Shown one piece after another: positions 48,152 to 58,859 of a DNA stretch of 64,000 nucleotides. The position numbers and the translations under genes were made by a program. Within the stretch, counting starts at the first letter, position 1. Each line of letters opens with the position of its first letter. Source of the DNA: Candidatus Magasanikiibacteriota bacterium (GTDB lineage Bacteria; Patescibacteriota; Patescibacteriia; Magasanikbacterales; UBA922); NCBI GenBank assembly GCA_052033375.1, contig JBPOJQ010000010.1, positions 5,941 to 69,940 on the forward strand. The letters run 5' to 3'. The notes beneath the pieces are model-generated. The model was not told the DNA's origin and made no database searches. It saw nothing but the letters and a program-made list of their open reading frames with translations.

Positions 48152-51100
48152 ATGAAACGCCTGTTTTCTTTTGTAAATATAGTATCAATTGGGGTCGTCC
48201 TTTTTGCAGTGTATTTTGGCTTTGCGGGAACTTTTTTCGCGCAAGAAGCAGTAGCTGATACTTTTGGACTCACTAGCGTGGGAGAACAAATTTCTGTGTC
48301 GAGTCAAACTCCTGATTTGAGGGTTACTGTGGTGCGTATTATTAATATTTTTTTGGGTTTTTTGGGAATTGTAGCAGTTTGTATCGTGTTGTATGGCGGA
48401 TATTTGTACATGACGTCGAGAGGGGATGATGAAAAAATCGGTACAGCAAAAAAAATCTTGGTCAATGGCTCAATTGGGCTTTTGATTGTACTTTCTGCAT
48501 TTGGAATAACTTCATTTGTATTATCTCGGTTACAAGATTCAATTTCTGGTACCTCTGGGCCGGGTGGTGGGGGCGGGGGTGGAGGTGAATTACTAGGATC
48601 GTGTGACGATGTTAATTCTCCGTATTATGCGGCCTACGCGACGACTCGTTGTGCACAATTTTGTGATAATCATCCGGTGCAGTGTGCATCCTCTCAGTAT
48701 TTTATTGTAAAAAGTATTACTCCTCACACACCTGATGCTGCTGACTCAACTGGTATGAATAATTCTGTGATTCGCGTGTTATTTAGTAAACAGCCAGCAG
48801 GTGCAGTGAGCGATATCTTTAAAATATTTAAAAAAGAAAGCGAACAAGAAGTTGATATTACGAGTCAATTTAATTTTTCATTTGAGGAGGGTGGTCTTCT
48901 CGTTGCTGCGACGTATACACAAGGACCTGCCTGTGCGTCGGTAAATGGTGTTTCAGTGTATTGTCTTTCGAACGGTGAATATCGGATTGAAGTGAATCAA
49001 AATTTGCGTGACATTGAGGATCGAGCATTGACCCTTGAGGTTGCAAATCAGTCATTTCCTCGAATTGCGACATTTCGTACTGGTTTATCGGGCGACACAC
49101 CTATTATTGATAGTGAATTTTCTGCTCTTGCACCAATTTCTATTGGAGGTTACCACGGTGATGATACTTTTCGAGCAGTCCGCGGAGAGACATATACGAT
49201 TGAAGGCACTCTCGGAGATACTCATGGAAACGCGTACGTGGATATGAAAGTTTATCGTGAAGGTTCATCTGGTCCGAGCGTTGTAAGATATGTTGATGGT
49301 CCACGTGTTCGTGCTACGGGTGGCTCTAGTCAGTCATTTGATTTTGAATACACACTTCGAATTGATTCGAATAAATTTGCCCCTGCAGTGGTGTATGTTG
49401 TGGAAATTATTGCGCATGATATTGATGGAAATACTGCCACCGATATAGTCAAATTTATAGTGGTACCTGCAAGTTGTACGAATGGTCTTCTTGATGCGGG
49501 CGAAACTGACGTCGATCAAGGAGCTGTGTGTGGTGGCGCACAGGGTAATAGTTGTCAATCTCAGAGTGATTGCGCTTATTGGCTCCAATGTCTTGATAAT
49601 GCTAATGCTGCATGTACTGGCTCAAATTGTTCATGTAAAGAAGTTCCTTATATTTCGAGTGTTGAATATATGAATGGTGCGCCAGGTAACTGGATTACTA
49701 TATTAGGTAAAAATTTTGGATCATCTGTTGGGGAAGTTACATTTAATTATGATTTTGATAGCAATGGTACTATAGATTCTCGTGTGCCTGTAGTGCTTGC
49801 TCAATGCCAGGAAGGGACTGTGTGGAATGATTCGTGGATCATTGTTGAAGTTCCTCAGCAGGCGCAATTTGCTTCTGAAGATGAGATCGTCAATCCTTCT
49901 ATTTCAGTTGTTTTACCCTCAGGACTTTCAGATTCTACGGATAATGATTTTGGTCCTCAACTTGGTACCTTTGTATATAATACAGTACAGCGTCCAAATC
50001 TATGTTCGGTTACTGTTGATGGTGATCATTCTGTACCTCTTGAGGATGGTACGAGTGTCACATTACATGCAGGTGATACCGCTGCACCACAGGGAACACC
50101 TGTGATTCTCGAAGGTAAGGGCTTCGGTATGTCTGAAGGTGAAGTTATTTTTCATACTGCTGCCGCAAATGTTGAGTCATGGTCAGGCGATGTTATTAAT
50201 TCTGCTGTACCATTTTTGGGTGAAGGACAGACTTCGGTGTATATTACATCTGATCTTGGTGAAAGAAGTAATCCTGTTTCTTTTATTGTTTCATCACCTG
50301 CTAATCTACGCCCACCAACTATTACCTCGATTGATCCAACGTCTGTGACCAAAGGGAGTTACATCACAATTACGGGTAATCGTTTTGGAGTGAGTGGTAA
50401 TGTGTACTTCACGCAGATTGAGGGTGGAAATTGTCCTGGGGCTGGGTGTATCCTCGGAGGGACACTTCCTCAGTCGTGTGGGAACACATGGAGCGTTAAT
50501 CAATTGATTACCAAGATCCCTGATGATCTTGAGTTTGCACTCGGTACATATTTTGTTGTTGTTGTTCGAGAAGATGGTGTAAAAACTGCAGGGTCAGAAA
50601 GTATCACTGTTGTCGCAGGTCCACCTTCGCCCAGTATTTGTCGTATTGATCCGCATCGTGGGTTTGCACCTATTTTTGATGAATCTGATGCAATCACTAT
50701 ATATGGAGAGAATTTTATCACTGACTCAGCAGTGAAGTTTTGGTACCCTCTCGGACAGTCGCAAGATCCGGATAGCTGGCTTTCAACTCAGTTGGGGGCA
50801 GGTATTGATGGTGGATCAATTTTAGATCTGACTACTCAGGAAATTAAGACGACTATTCCATATGATCCTGATTCTGGGCTTTCTATGTCGAGCGGACCTG
50901 TCAAAATTAAAAATGCCGCTGGATTATTCAGTAATGCAGTGAACTATACGGTATTGGATTGTCGTGATCCTGGTAGTCCACAAATTTCTGGATTCCAGTG
51001 TTGTAGTGAGGGTCCTGAGGCGGGTAGATGGAAACATGGAAATTATGCGTGTGAAAATTCGAGTCGTGAAGCCGGGTATGTGTGGAGATTTTCAAGTGGT

Positions 51101-54100
51101 AAAATGCCACAAAAGTTTTTTGTAAATGAACTTTGTTCGGACAGTGGATCACCCTCACCTAGTCCTTCAACACTCTGGAGCGATGGGTATAACGTATGTG
51201 TGAATGCTCAGTTGACTATTAATTTTAATTTACCAGTGAATCGGGCGACTGTTTTGGATCAATCAGGTAATATCACAAACATTACGATTTCTCAATGTGG
51301 AGGTACTGACACTGCAATTGATTGCTCAAACGATGAGCAGGTTGTTACTTCTGAATTTTCGGGTGAAGAGATGGGGGAGAATGCATTAGTTTTCAGAAAA
51401 AAGGATGGACCAATACTTTCCCCGCAGACGTGGTATCGCGTGGGTCTTTCGTCTGCTGTTTCTTCCCTTAGATTTGAAAATGAACTTGGAGATTTGGTTG
51501 AAAAAACAGAAAATTTGGAGCCGACACGTGAATGTCAAATCAATGGGGCAACCTATGCATATTGTTTTGATTTTAGAACTGGCCCTGCTAATTTTCAATG
51601 TTCACTTGTAGGCGCTGGAATTCATCCTTCAGATTACACCACAACACTTCTTGGAGTGGTACAGGATTCGCGAGGCAATAAAATTTATGATATTAATCGA
51701 GTATTTAATATATCTGCTGTACGTCCGCTAACATATCGTGTGTATGGTAAAAGCAATTTAGCATGTACGACGATTAATGTGGATGATAAGCCATGGGCAT
51801 GGGGTCCAATTGATGATGCGCCTGCGACTGGAAAACAAATGGTTGGACAGGTGCAGTCAAAAGGATATGCGGTAGCCTGGGAGCATTTTCCCGCAGGCTC
51901 TCCTATCAGTGCGACCATTATTGAAAATAGTGAAGAAATTAAGGCAGTGAGCATGCTTAGGATTACTCTTGGAGATCCGTACGCGAAGAATGTCTGGCCA
52001 TCGTGTAATGAGGCGTGTGTAAATGCTGAGATTGGTATTGAGTTCAATCAGATTATGGATGTTCGCACTTTTGATGCTTCGAAGTTGGCATTACATGAAT
52101 GTAGTACCGAAATGTGCGACTCATTAATCGAACCTTCTGTTCCATTGGTAATCACATCTGATTTGCAAAGTGAAACCATTCTTCGTGCATATCCAGCTAC
52201 GCTTTTGAAGAAAAATACATGGTATATTGTTGACTTGGAGGAGGGGGTGCGTGCTATAGGAGGTGTGGCCGAGGGCGAAGGTACTAAACTGGGCAGTAGT
52301 GTGCAGCCAAAACAGTGGAAATTCAGAACCAAAGATTCAGCACAATCATGTCTTGCTGATGCTGTTAAAATTTCGCCTGATCCTTTTTATTCAACTTATA
52401 TCGGAGAAGCGCAGTTATATCGAGCACTTCCTGTCGGTTCCCCAGATTCTTGTAGCGCGTCTGGCCAGCAGCTTAATCCGTGGAGTTATGGTTGGAATTG
52501 GAGCGTCGAAGATTCTGGAGTTGCGAAAGTAACTAACTTTAGTTTCAAAGGTTCTACTAAATCAGCGTGTACTATTGGCTGTACTCCTGTTGGTAGTGAT
52601 ATTTCCCGTCAACTGACGAGTTATCCTGTGTGTGGTAATGGTACTAAAGAGTCGGGCGAAGATTGTGATATTGCTCGTCCGGGTGAAATTCCTGGGACAA
52701 GTTGTTCATTTTCTTGTCTTCGTCCAGGTAGTAGCGCAACGTGTGGTAATGGTATTGTAGAGAATTCTTCAGGCGAAGAATGTGACTATAACGCTCCGGG
52801 TGCGATTCAAGGACTCTGTACGAATACATGTACCAATGCAGGATCTGCTTCACAGCCTGATATCGCTGGGAATGTGAATGCGCCTGTGTGTGGTGGGGGC
52901 GGCATCGGCTACGGCGAGGATTGTGATATTGATGATCCAGCGACCAAACATGGGTGTTCTAATACCTGTGTGAATATTGGTACACCAATTTCTCAGGCAT
53001 GGTGTGATGGGTGGGTGAGTTATTCTCAAAATCCAGGCAGTGTTAGTGCTGTAATGCGTGTACAGTATGCAGAAGTAAGTATGTCTGAATTCACAGCGGC
53101 ATGTGGTTCTGCTACTAGTGTTTGTGGTAATGGAATTATTGAGCAAGGAGAAGAGTGTGAGAGTACGGATTCTTACTGTTCAGCTCGTTGTCTGATTCAA
53201 AATGCATGTAATACACCGTATCAACAGTGCGCGCGTGGTGAAGAAGGTTGTCTCTCGGATTGCACATTTGCAGGTTCGTCGATTATGTACTCTACTCCTT
53301 CGGTTTGTGGAGATGGTATTGTCGGGATTGGAGAATTTTCCTCAGAAGATGATGATATTCGCTCATGTGAATTACCTCTAGCGACTGTTGGTAATACTCT
53401 TGGTGGAAATCCTGTACAGGTGGTCACGGCAGTGGGTAATCCAAGTAATGTTCCAACTACAGGGGTAGTTACTGATATGGAGACTAGGGTACAGGCACAG
53501 GCAAGTGTCGGACGCGATGAAGCTACGGGGAATCAGATTTCGATTGCTTCGGTCGCTGGCGAAGGTGAATATCATCTTCAGTGCGGATACGATGAATATG
53601 CGACCAAGCAAAGCGATGGTTCGTATAATAACTGTCCGTCTAATTCTGATAATACTTTCGGCGTTGCTTCTAATTCGTGCTGTATTGAACGACCGGCAAG
53701 AGTCGAAGAATATCCCATTTCGAATGCGGGTATCGGTGCCGGGAGTACGCCGGTATGCCGTAATACATATATTAGTGTTAGTTTTGATCAGAATATTCCT
53801 GCGGAATATATTCAAAATAACATTCAATTAGTCCAAGGTTTTGCACAGGGTTATTCGTGTTCTGAGCATGGTGGAAAAGATGTGACACTTGCGTTGAGTA
53901 GCGCACTTGATACAAACAGTACACATACTCAGAATTTTTGGGTCCGTGTCTGGAATTCAATTAAAACATTCTTTGCTCAATTGATACAAATTCGTGCACT
54001 CGCAGCACCTCAACCAAACGCATCAGTTCCGGGTGATCTGGTGCTGTGTTCAGGTGTGACTCCGTTTACTGTGAGACCAAGTTATGAAACGAATGCTGAC

Positions 54101-57100
54101 GGTGTGATTACCAAGACACTTGTGTCTATTTATCCAAATCAGGCGCTAGAATCAAATCAATATGTGCTTGTCCTACTTAATGGTGGTGAGGGTGGAATCA
54201 GAAATAATGTAGGAGTAAGTATCAAGTCACCTCTTGGTTCTGAGTTATCTGATTATTGGGTATTTAAGACTGGTGCACAAATTTGTAAGATACAGGAGGT
54301 CGTTGTTGAGCCTGCTTCAGCATTGTACACGGTGCCTAATAGTTCAAAACAATTTGTTGCACAGGCTATTTCTACTGATGCAGTGCGAAATCAAAAAATT
54401 GTGCCTATTCCTTTGCAGTATGCGTGGGAGTGGAATTGGGGACCACAAGAGGATGCTATTTTTGATATTCCTGTCACTGCAAATGCTGAAAATTCAATTA
54501 CTTCAAAAGGCGTTCGTGGACATACTGATGGTATTGTGAGTGCACGTGTAACAGTCGATGCTTCTCAGACGAATAATCAATCAGGTAAAACTTTTTCAAC
54601 TATATACAGTCTTGATGCTTTATTCTGTCAGAGACCATGGCCTCTCACTGCGAATCCGGTAAATGCAGATGATGTGGGGATAGATACGCTTTTTGTTGAT
54701 TTGACTTATAACTTTTCAATGTATTATTGTGCTGACAGTGGAAGTCCGTTGTCTTCTTTTGATGATCTTCCGTACTTTAATCAGATTGAAGTTATCACTG
54801 ATCCTACACAGCTCGGAGTCATTGCTCCGGGGGATTTACCAGATGCCTTAAGGCGTTATCTTTTGTTCGCTGATAAGACCGAAGATGCGATTGGGGTGCA
54901 GATTTTTGCAAATCCAGTCAAACCTGACGGCACTAGGCAAACATTGAACGAGTGGTATATCGGTAAATTTGGTGATCTTTCTGGTGTAAAGCAGGCAAGT
55001 ATCGCGGGGTATGACGCACTTTTGAATGATTTTAATCTGTATGTGAATGCGTATAATTTGTACGATCAATCAGTATATAACAACGTATATTTGTTTAGTA
55101 TTGATACTAATGCGAGCCCTGAAACGAGACAGGTATTTGATCAGTTGATCGCATCTCTACGCTTTAATATCAATCTCACTAATCACAATCGGTGTCTGCG
55201 TGCTGGAGCTTCTGGGGTGAGAGAAAGTCCGAATGAACTGGCTATTCCTTTGATTTCTTGTACCACTGATTTTGATTGCCGAGATAGTGCTGGCGCACCA
55301 AAGACTGGAACGAATGGTACCTGTTCGAATGCACTCACTAAGTTTGGACGTGATGTGAATCGTTTACAGCAGATGTCTCTAATTCAGAAAAAAACAGAAG
55401 CACAATTATCAAATACTGAATTGAATCTGTCGAGTGGCACGTATATCCCAGGATACACAAATTCAAAGTGGTCCTCATGGGGTAAATTAGGAGGAATTAT
55501 TGGCGGTGCTGCAACCGATCCGGTGAATCAATGGGTAGGGTGTAGCCCTCATGATCCTTCGACATGTTGGAGTGCCGACCTCACCACGTTTAGATGTCCT
55601 ACATTTTCTCAAGTGTATGAGTATGAGTATGATTCAGTGACTAAGAATTATGAGTACTATGTTCCATTTGAGTTTATCAATTCCTCTGATGATGATTTTG
55701 CGTCTCAATATGTTGATCTCCGGCATGTCAATTTTGATCGATGGGCACAGTGTAGGGCACCCGGCTCTATTGTGAGTCCATTTGGTGGGCAATGTGGGGA
55801 TGGGAACGTAAATATTGGGGAAGCGTGCGATCCACCAGGGAGAACTACCCTGTATGATAATGCATGTCCGGTCGGGTCATATGCAACAGCTACTTGCAAT
55901 TCTTCTTGTCAGTATACATACGGCGCGTGTAGCGCGAGTGCTGCGGTGTGCGGGAATGGACGAATAGATGCTGCAGAAGCATGCGACGCAGGATCAGAGA
56001 ACGGTACGTATGGAAGTCGATGTACTACACAGTGCCAAGTTGCGACTCAAAGTAACGGCGGACAGTTTTGTGGAAATGGTATTTTGGATACCAATGCTCA
56101 GGGAAATTATCTAGAATTTTGTGAAGAAGTAAATGGTGCTTGTATGCACATTAGTGAGAGCGGACAGATATTGAAGCCTGAAGTACATATTTTGCTTGAT
56201 AATTCTAGTTCTATGTCAGGCACGAAATGGGCAAGTGCTGTAGCAGGTATTCAGAATATTTATGCTGAATTATCTGATAGTATCAATTTCAGTCTGAGCA
56301 TATTTTCTCCGGTTGATAAACTTAATTCTCCTACCACCTGTTCACAGGTGATACCGCTTTCTTCGCTGCCTGCTACACCCAATGCAAACACGCCGACCAA
56401 AAGTGCACTTGCAGAGATATATGCACTGAGAACATCATTGTTTGGTTCTAATGATAGTGTTGCAAAAAAACTCGTAATTATTACTGATGGAGATCCAACC
56501 AATTTTGATTATCGAAATCAATTTGGACAAATAACAGCAAGTTGTCAGGGAAATACTCCTTCAAATGTGGTTAGTGAGATTCAGAAATTTAATCAAGCAA
56601 ATATTCAGACATTTGTCGTTGGGTTTGGTAATCTGAGTCAGAGTCTTAAAAATAATCTCAATTTATTTGCTCAAGCTGGTGGAACTAGTAACCCTGACTC
56701 ACCATCGAGTGATCTGTTTTTCACCGCTGAAAATTCATCCCAGCTGGTGAGCGCTTTTTCTGGTATTTTGGGTTGTTTTGAATACAGTCAATATAAACAA
56801 AACTCATGTTCCTGGAATTGTCAGGAATATGGAGATTATTGTGGTGATGGAATTGTGCAACAGGGGAGCGGTGAAGAGTGTGAGCCCTCTATCAGTGGAG
56901 TGAATACCTGTAGTCCGTATTGTAAATTTGTCGTTACACCAGCTGCAGTGTGTGGAAATTCTCAAGTGGAATCAGGTGAACAGTGTGATGATGGTAATAT
57001 ATCTGATCAGGATGGATGTTCGTCATTATGTTCGTTTGAATCAGTGTCGGCTGCGTGCGGGAACGGCATTGTCGAGACGGTGAACGGCATACAAGAGCAA

Positions 57101-58453
57101 TGTGATTTGGGTTCTCAAAATGGATTATCATGCAATCCGGCATATAATACCCCGTGTACATACTGCAGTAATACATGCACCAATATTACGGTAGATGCTG
57201 TTGCGTATTGTGGTAATGGGAGTATTGATCAGATTAACCCAACTACTCGTGAAGCATGTGATTATGCAGATTCGACCATTGTTGGTGGAACGGGCGCATT
57301 AATTTGTTCTGATAAAGGCACGTATTCGTGTACTAATAATTGTCTGCAGTTGGTGAATAATTGTGTGACGTGTGGAATAAGTACTACGACATTGACTACG
57401 CCTAAAATTTCTATTTTGAATCCGTTGACGCAAGCTGGTAATTCGCCGTACACTCCGACGATTGGGTATGTCGACATATTGCGAGGGAGCACTTCCACTA
57501 ATTTGCAGTGGCTTGGGTATCGGAAAATAAATTATCGGTCAGAAGATCCAAATTCATACATCGATCCATTTGATCCATACACATTACTCATTGATGCAGC
57601 TTATCAGCCGGTGACTAATCAGGGTCTCCAAACTAATGGTTCGTGTAATGGTGAATATGTGCTACTCTTCAATAAGAGACATATTAGTGAAGAAAAAACA
57701 GGCAATACAAATGGACTTACCCATGCACAGATTGTGAATCAGGGTTTTGGTGATTTGTTTGCATATCCAGTCAGTGGTGAGGGTGGTCAAGTAGTGAATG
57801 AAGTTATCCTATCTCCTGCTGTGCCACAGGATCAGGTACGTATTGTGGTGAGATGGAAAAAGAAATCATCAGGCGCGTTATTCACAGGTAATCTGTACCA
57901 GGACAATGCTACGCCAAGTGTGATTAGTTATGTGACGAATGATCGGACGAAGTTGTGTGGAGATATGGATATCACTCCACAGAGTTCGAATTATTATCTT
58001 CCTGTCGGATGCCTTCCTGTAACTCCATCCACGTGGATTCATCAGATTTTGAATCCGAGTGTTACTACCCAGGCAACTCAGGCATTTACTCTATCTGCTC
58101 TTAATCGACAGTCAGATAGGACCATCGGGTTCTATGTTTCTTCGTTATCTGGTCCGATTAATCAGTTTAAAGATTATGAACTATGGGTCGATGTATACGA
58201 GTATCATGCAGGCCAGGTCCCACTCTATTCGGTGTACAAACCAACACATACTTTTTCTTTTGGTGATGCTATCCAGAGTACTAATCCACTCGCACGATAT
58301 TGGCATGTGTTCAATCTTACCATCAGTGGCTCAAATGCGTTGAAAAAGTTTACTGTGCAAACCGTGGCTGGTGCAAATTCTGGAGCTATTGTTACGAGTG
58401 AGTGTGAAGTTCGAAAGAATATGCCAAACACTACACAATGTCCGACTCAATAG
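48152..58453 (+). CDS. giant (3433 aa) surface protein: N-terminal pilin-like membrane module, poly-Gly linker, IPT/TIG-like repeats, three clusters of Myxococcus-type Cys-rich repeats, vWA domain
   Basis: Uninterrupted ORF. IPT-like ILGKNFG/ITGNRFG/IYGENF (49.6-50.9 kb). CGNG/CGDG...GE(E)CD(DGN) repeats at 52631-53350, 55790-56110, 56820-57380. vWA MIDAS LLDNSSSMSG and ITDGDPT at 56170-56780. Confidence 0.7.
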   Translation: MKRLFSFVNIVSIGVVLFAVYFGFAGTFFAQEAVADTFGLTSVGEQISVSSQTPDLRVTVVRIINIFLGFLGIVAVCIVLYGGYLYMTSRGDDEKIGTAKKILVNGSIGLLIVLSAFGITSFVLSRLQDSISGTSGPGGGGGGGGELLGSCDDVNSPYYAAYATTRCAQFCDNHPVQCASSQYFIVKSITPHTPDAADSTGMNNSVIRVLFSKQPAGAVSDIFKIFKKESEQEVDITSQFNFSFEEGGLLVAATYTQGPACASVNGVSVYCLSNGEYRIEVNQNLRDIEDRALTLEVANQSFPRIATFRTGLSGDTPIIDSEFSALAPISIGGYHGDDTFRAVRGETYTIEGTLGDTHGNAYVDMKVYREGSSGPSVVRYVDGPRVRATGGSSQSFDFEYTLRIDSNKFAPAVVYVVEIIAHDIDGNTATDIVKFIVVPASCTNGLLDAGETDVDQGAVCGGAQGNSCQSQSDCAYWLQCLDNANAACTGSNCSCKEVPYISSVEYMNGAPGNWITILGKNFGSSVGEVTFNYDFDSNGTIDSRVPVVLAQCQEGTVWNDSWIIVEVPQQAQFASEDEIVNPSISVVLPSGLSDSTDNDFGPQLGTFVYNTVQRPNLCSVTVDGDHSVPLEDGTSVTLHAGDTAAPQGTPVILEGKGFGMSEGEVIFHTAAANVESWSGDVINSAVPFLGEGQTSVYITSDLGERSNPVSFIVSSPANLRPPTITSIDPTSVTKGSYITITGNRFGVSGNVYFTQIEGGNCPGAGCILGGTLPQSCGNTWSVNQLITKIPDDLEFALGTYFVVVVREDGVKTAGSESITVVAGPPSPSICRIDPHRGFAPIFDESDAITIYGENFITDSAVKFWYPLGQSQDPDSWLSTQLGAGIDGGSILDLTTQEIKTTIPYDPDSGLSMSSGPVKIKNAAGLFSNAVNYTVLDCRDPGSPQISGFQCCSEGPEAGRWKHGNYACENSSREAGYVWRFSSGKMPQKFFVNELCSDSGSPSPSPSTLWSDGYNVCVNAQLTINFNLPVNRATVLDQSGNITNITISQCGGTDTAIDCSNDEQVVTSEFSGEEMGENALVFRKKDGPILSPQTWYRVGLSSAVSSLRFENELGDLVEKTENLEPTRECQINGATYAYCFDFRTGPANFQCSLVGAGIHPSDYTTTLLGVVQDSRGNKIYDINRVFNISAVRPLTYRVYGKSNLACTTINVDDKPWAWGPIDDAPATGKQMVGQVQSKGYAVAWEHFPAGSPISATIIENSEEIKAVSMLRITLGDPYAKNVWPSCNEACVNAEIGIEFNQIMDVRTFDASKLALHECSTEMCDSLIEPSVPLVITSDLQSETILRAYPATLLKKNTWYIVDLEEGVRAIGGVAEGEGTKLGSSVQPKQWKFRTKDSAQSCLADAVKISPDPFYSTYIGEAQLYRALPVGSPDSCSASGQQLNPWSYGWNWSVEDSGVAKVTNFSFKGSTKSACTIGCTPVGSDISRQLTSYPVCGNGTKESGEDCDIARPGEIPGTSCSFSCLRPGSSATCGNGIVENSSGEECDYNAPGAIQGLCTNTCTNAGSASQPDIAGNVNAPVCGGGGIGYGEDCDIDDPATKHGCSNTCVNIGTPISQAWCDGWVSYSQNPGSVSAVMRVQYAEVSMSEFTAACGSATSVCGNGIIEQGEECESTDSYCSARCLIQNACNTPYQQCARGEEGCLSDCTFAGSSIMYSTPSVCGDGIVGIGEFSSEDDDIRSCELPLATVGNTLGGNPVQVVTAVGNPSNVPTTGVVTDMETRVQAQASVGRDEATGNQISIASVAGEGEYHLQCGYDEYATKQSDGSYNNCPSNSDNTFGVASNSCCIERPARVEEYPISNAGIGAGSTPVCRNTYISVSFDQNIPAEYIQNNIQLVQGFAQGYSCSEHGGKDVTLALSSALDTNSTHTQNFWVRVWNSIKTFFAQLIQIRALAAPQPNASVPGDLVLCSGVTPFTVRPSYETNADGVITKTLVSIYPNQALESNQYVLVLLNGGEGGIRNNVGVSIKSPLGSELSDYWVFKTGAQICKIQEVVVEPASALYTVPNSSKQFVAQAISTDAVRNQKIVPIPLQYAWEWNWGPQEDAIFDIPVTANAENSITSKGVRGHTDGIVSARVTVDASQTNNQSGKTFSTIYSLDALFCQRPWPLTANPVNADDVGIDTLFVDLTYNFSMYYCADSGSPLSSFDDLPYFNQIEVITDPTQLGVIAPGDLPDALRRYLLFADKTEDAIGVQIFANPVKPDGTRQTLNEWYIGKFGDLSGVKQASIAGYDALLNDFNLYVNAYNLYDQSVYNNVYLFSIDTNASPETRQVFDQLIASLRFNINLTNHNRCLRAGASGVRESPNELAIPLISCTTDFDCRDSAGAPKTGTNGTCSNALTKFGRDVNRLQQMSLIQKKTEAQLSNTELNLSSGTYIPGYTNSKWSSWGKLGGIIGGAATDPVNQWVGCSPHDPSTCWSADLTTFRCPTFSQVYEYEYDSVTKNYEYYVPFEFINSSDDDFASQYVDLRHVNFDRWAQCRAPGSIVSPFGGQCGDGNVNIGEACDPPGRTTLYDNACPVGSYATATCNSSCQYTYGACSASAAVCGNGRIDAAEACDAGSENGTYGSRCTTQCQVATQSNGGQFCGNGILDTNAQGNYLEFCEEVNGACMHISESGQILKPEVHILLDNSSSMSGTKWASAVAGIQNIYAELSDSINFSLSIFSPVDKLNSPTTCSQVIPLSSLPATPNANTPTKSALAEIYALRTSLFGSNDSVAKKLVIITDGDPTNFDYRNQFGQITASCQGNTPSNVVSEIQKFNQANIQTFVVGFGNLSQSLKNNLNLFAQAGGTSNPDSPSSDLFFTAENSSQLVSAFSGILGCFEYSQYKQNSCSWNCQEYGDYCGDGIVQQGSGEECEPSISGVNTCSPYCKFVVTPAAVCGNSQVESGEQCDDGNISDQDGCSSLCSFESVSAACGNGIVETVNGIQEQCDLGSQNGLSCNPAYNTPCTYCSNTCTNITVDAVAYCGNGSIDQINPTTREACDYADSTIVGGTGALICSDKGTYSCTNNCLQLVNNCVTCGISTTTLTTPKISILNPLTQAGNSPYTPTIGYVDILRGSTSTNLQWLGYRKINYRSEDPNSYIDPFDPYTLLIDAAYQPVTNQGLQTNGSCNGEYVLLFNKRHISEEKTGNTNGLTHAQIVNQGFGDLFAYPVSGEGGQVVNEVILSPAVPQDQVRIVVRWKKKSSGALFTGNLYQDNATPSVISYVTNDRTKLCGDMDITPQSSNYYLPVGCLPVTPSTWIHQILNPSVTTQATQAFTLSALNRQSDRTIGFYVSSLSGPINQFKDYELWVDVYEYHAGQVPLYSVYKPTHTFSFGDAIQSTNPLARYWHVFNLTISGSNALKKFTVQTVAGANSGAIVTSECEVRKNMPNTTQCPTQ

Positions 58454-58496
58454 GTAATGGTTTTGGGATATGATATACTTTATACAGATTTAATTT

Positions 58497-58850
58497 ATGA
58501 AACAGAAGTTTTTTGTGATCGTTGGTGTCTGTGTTCTTTTGGGAATTCTTGGGTTTGGCGTGTGGTGGTTTATCTCCCATCGACAGAATCCGATTGTGCC
58601 AGAGGTGTTTGAGATTCCTGAATGGTATTATGTTGATAAAGACGGTGATGGAATTACTGATACACAAGAGACCGAACTGGGTACCAGTGTAATTGAATCA
58701 GATACTGACGGGGATACTATTTCTGATAAGCTTGAAATAGAAGTATATAAAACTGACCCCCAAAATCCTGATACCGATCAGGATGGTTATTGGGATGGAC
58801 TTGAGTTAATTCAAGGACATGACCCACTTGAAAAAGCATCTATTAATTAA
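58497..58850 (+). CDS. membrane-anchored protein with bacterial thrombospondin-type-3 Ca-binding repeats (paralog 1)
   Basis: N-terminal TM; DKDGDGITDTQE, DTDGDTISDKLE, DTDQDGYWDGLE. Confidence 0.55.
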   Translation: MKQKFFVIVGVCVLLGILGFGVWWFISHRQNPIVPEVFEIPEWYYVDKDGDGITDTQETELGTSVIESDTDGDTISDKLEIEVYKTDPQNPDTDQDGYWDGLELIQGHDPLEKASIN

Positions 58851-58859
58851 TTTTATTGT

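Noticed and set aside
48870-58431. About 25 short ORFs on both strands inside the 3,433-aa gene
   Set aside because: All embedded in one uninterrupted 10.3-kb reading frame with recognisable domain repeats; no independent support.
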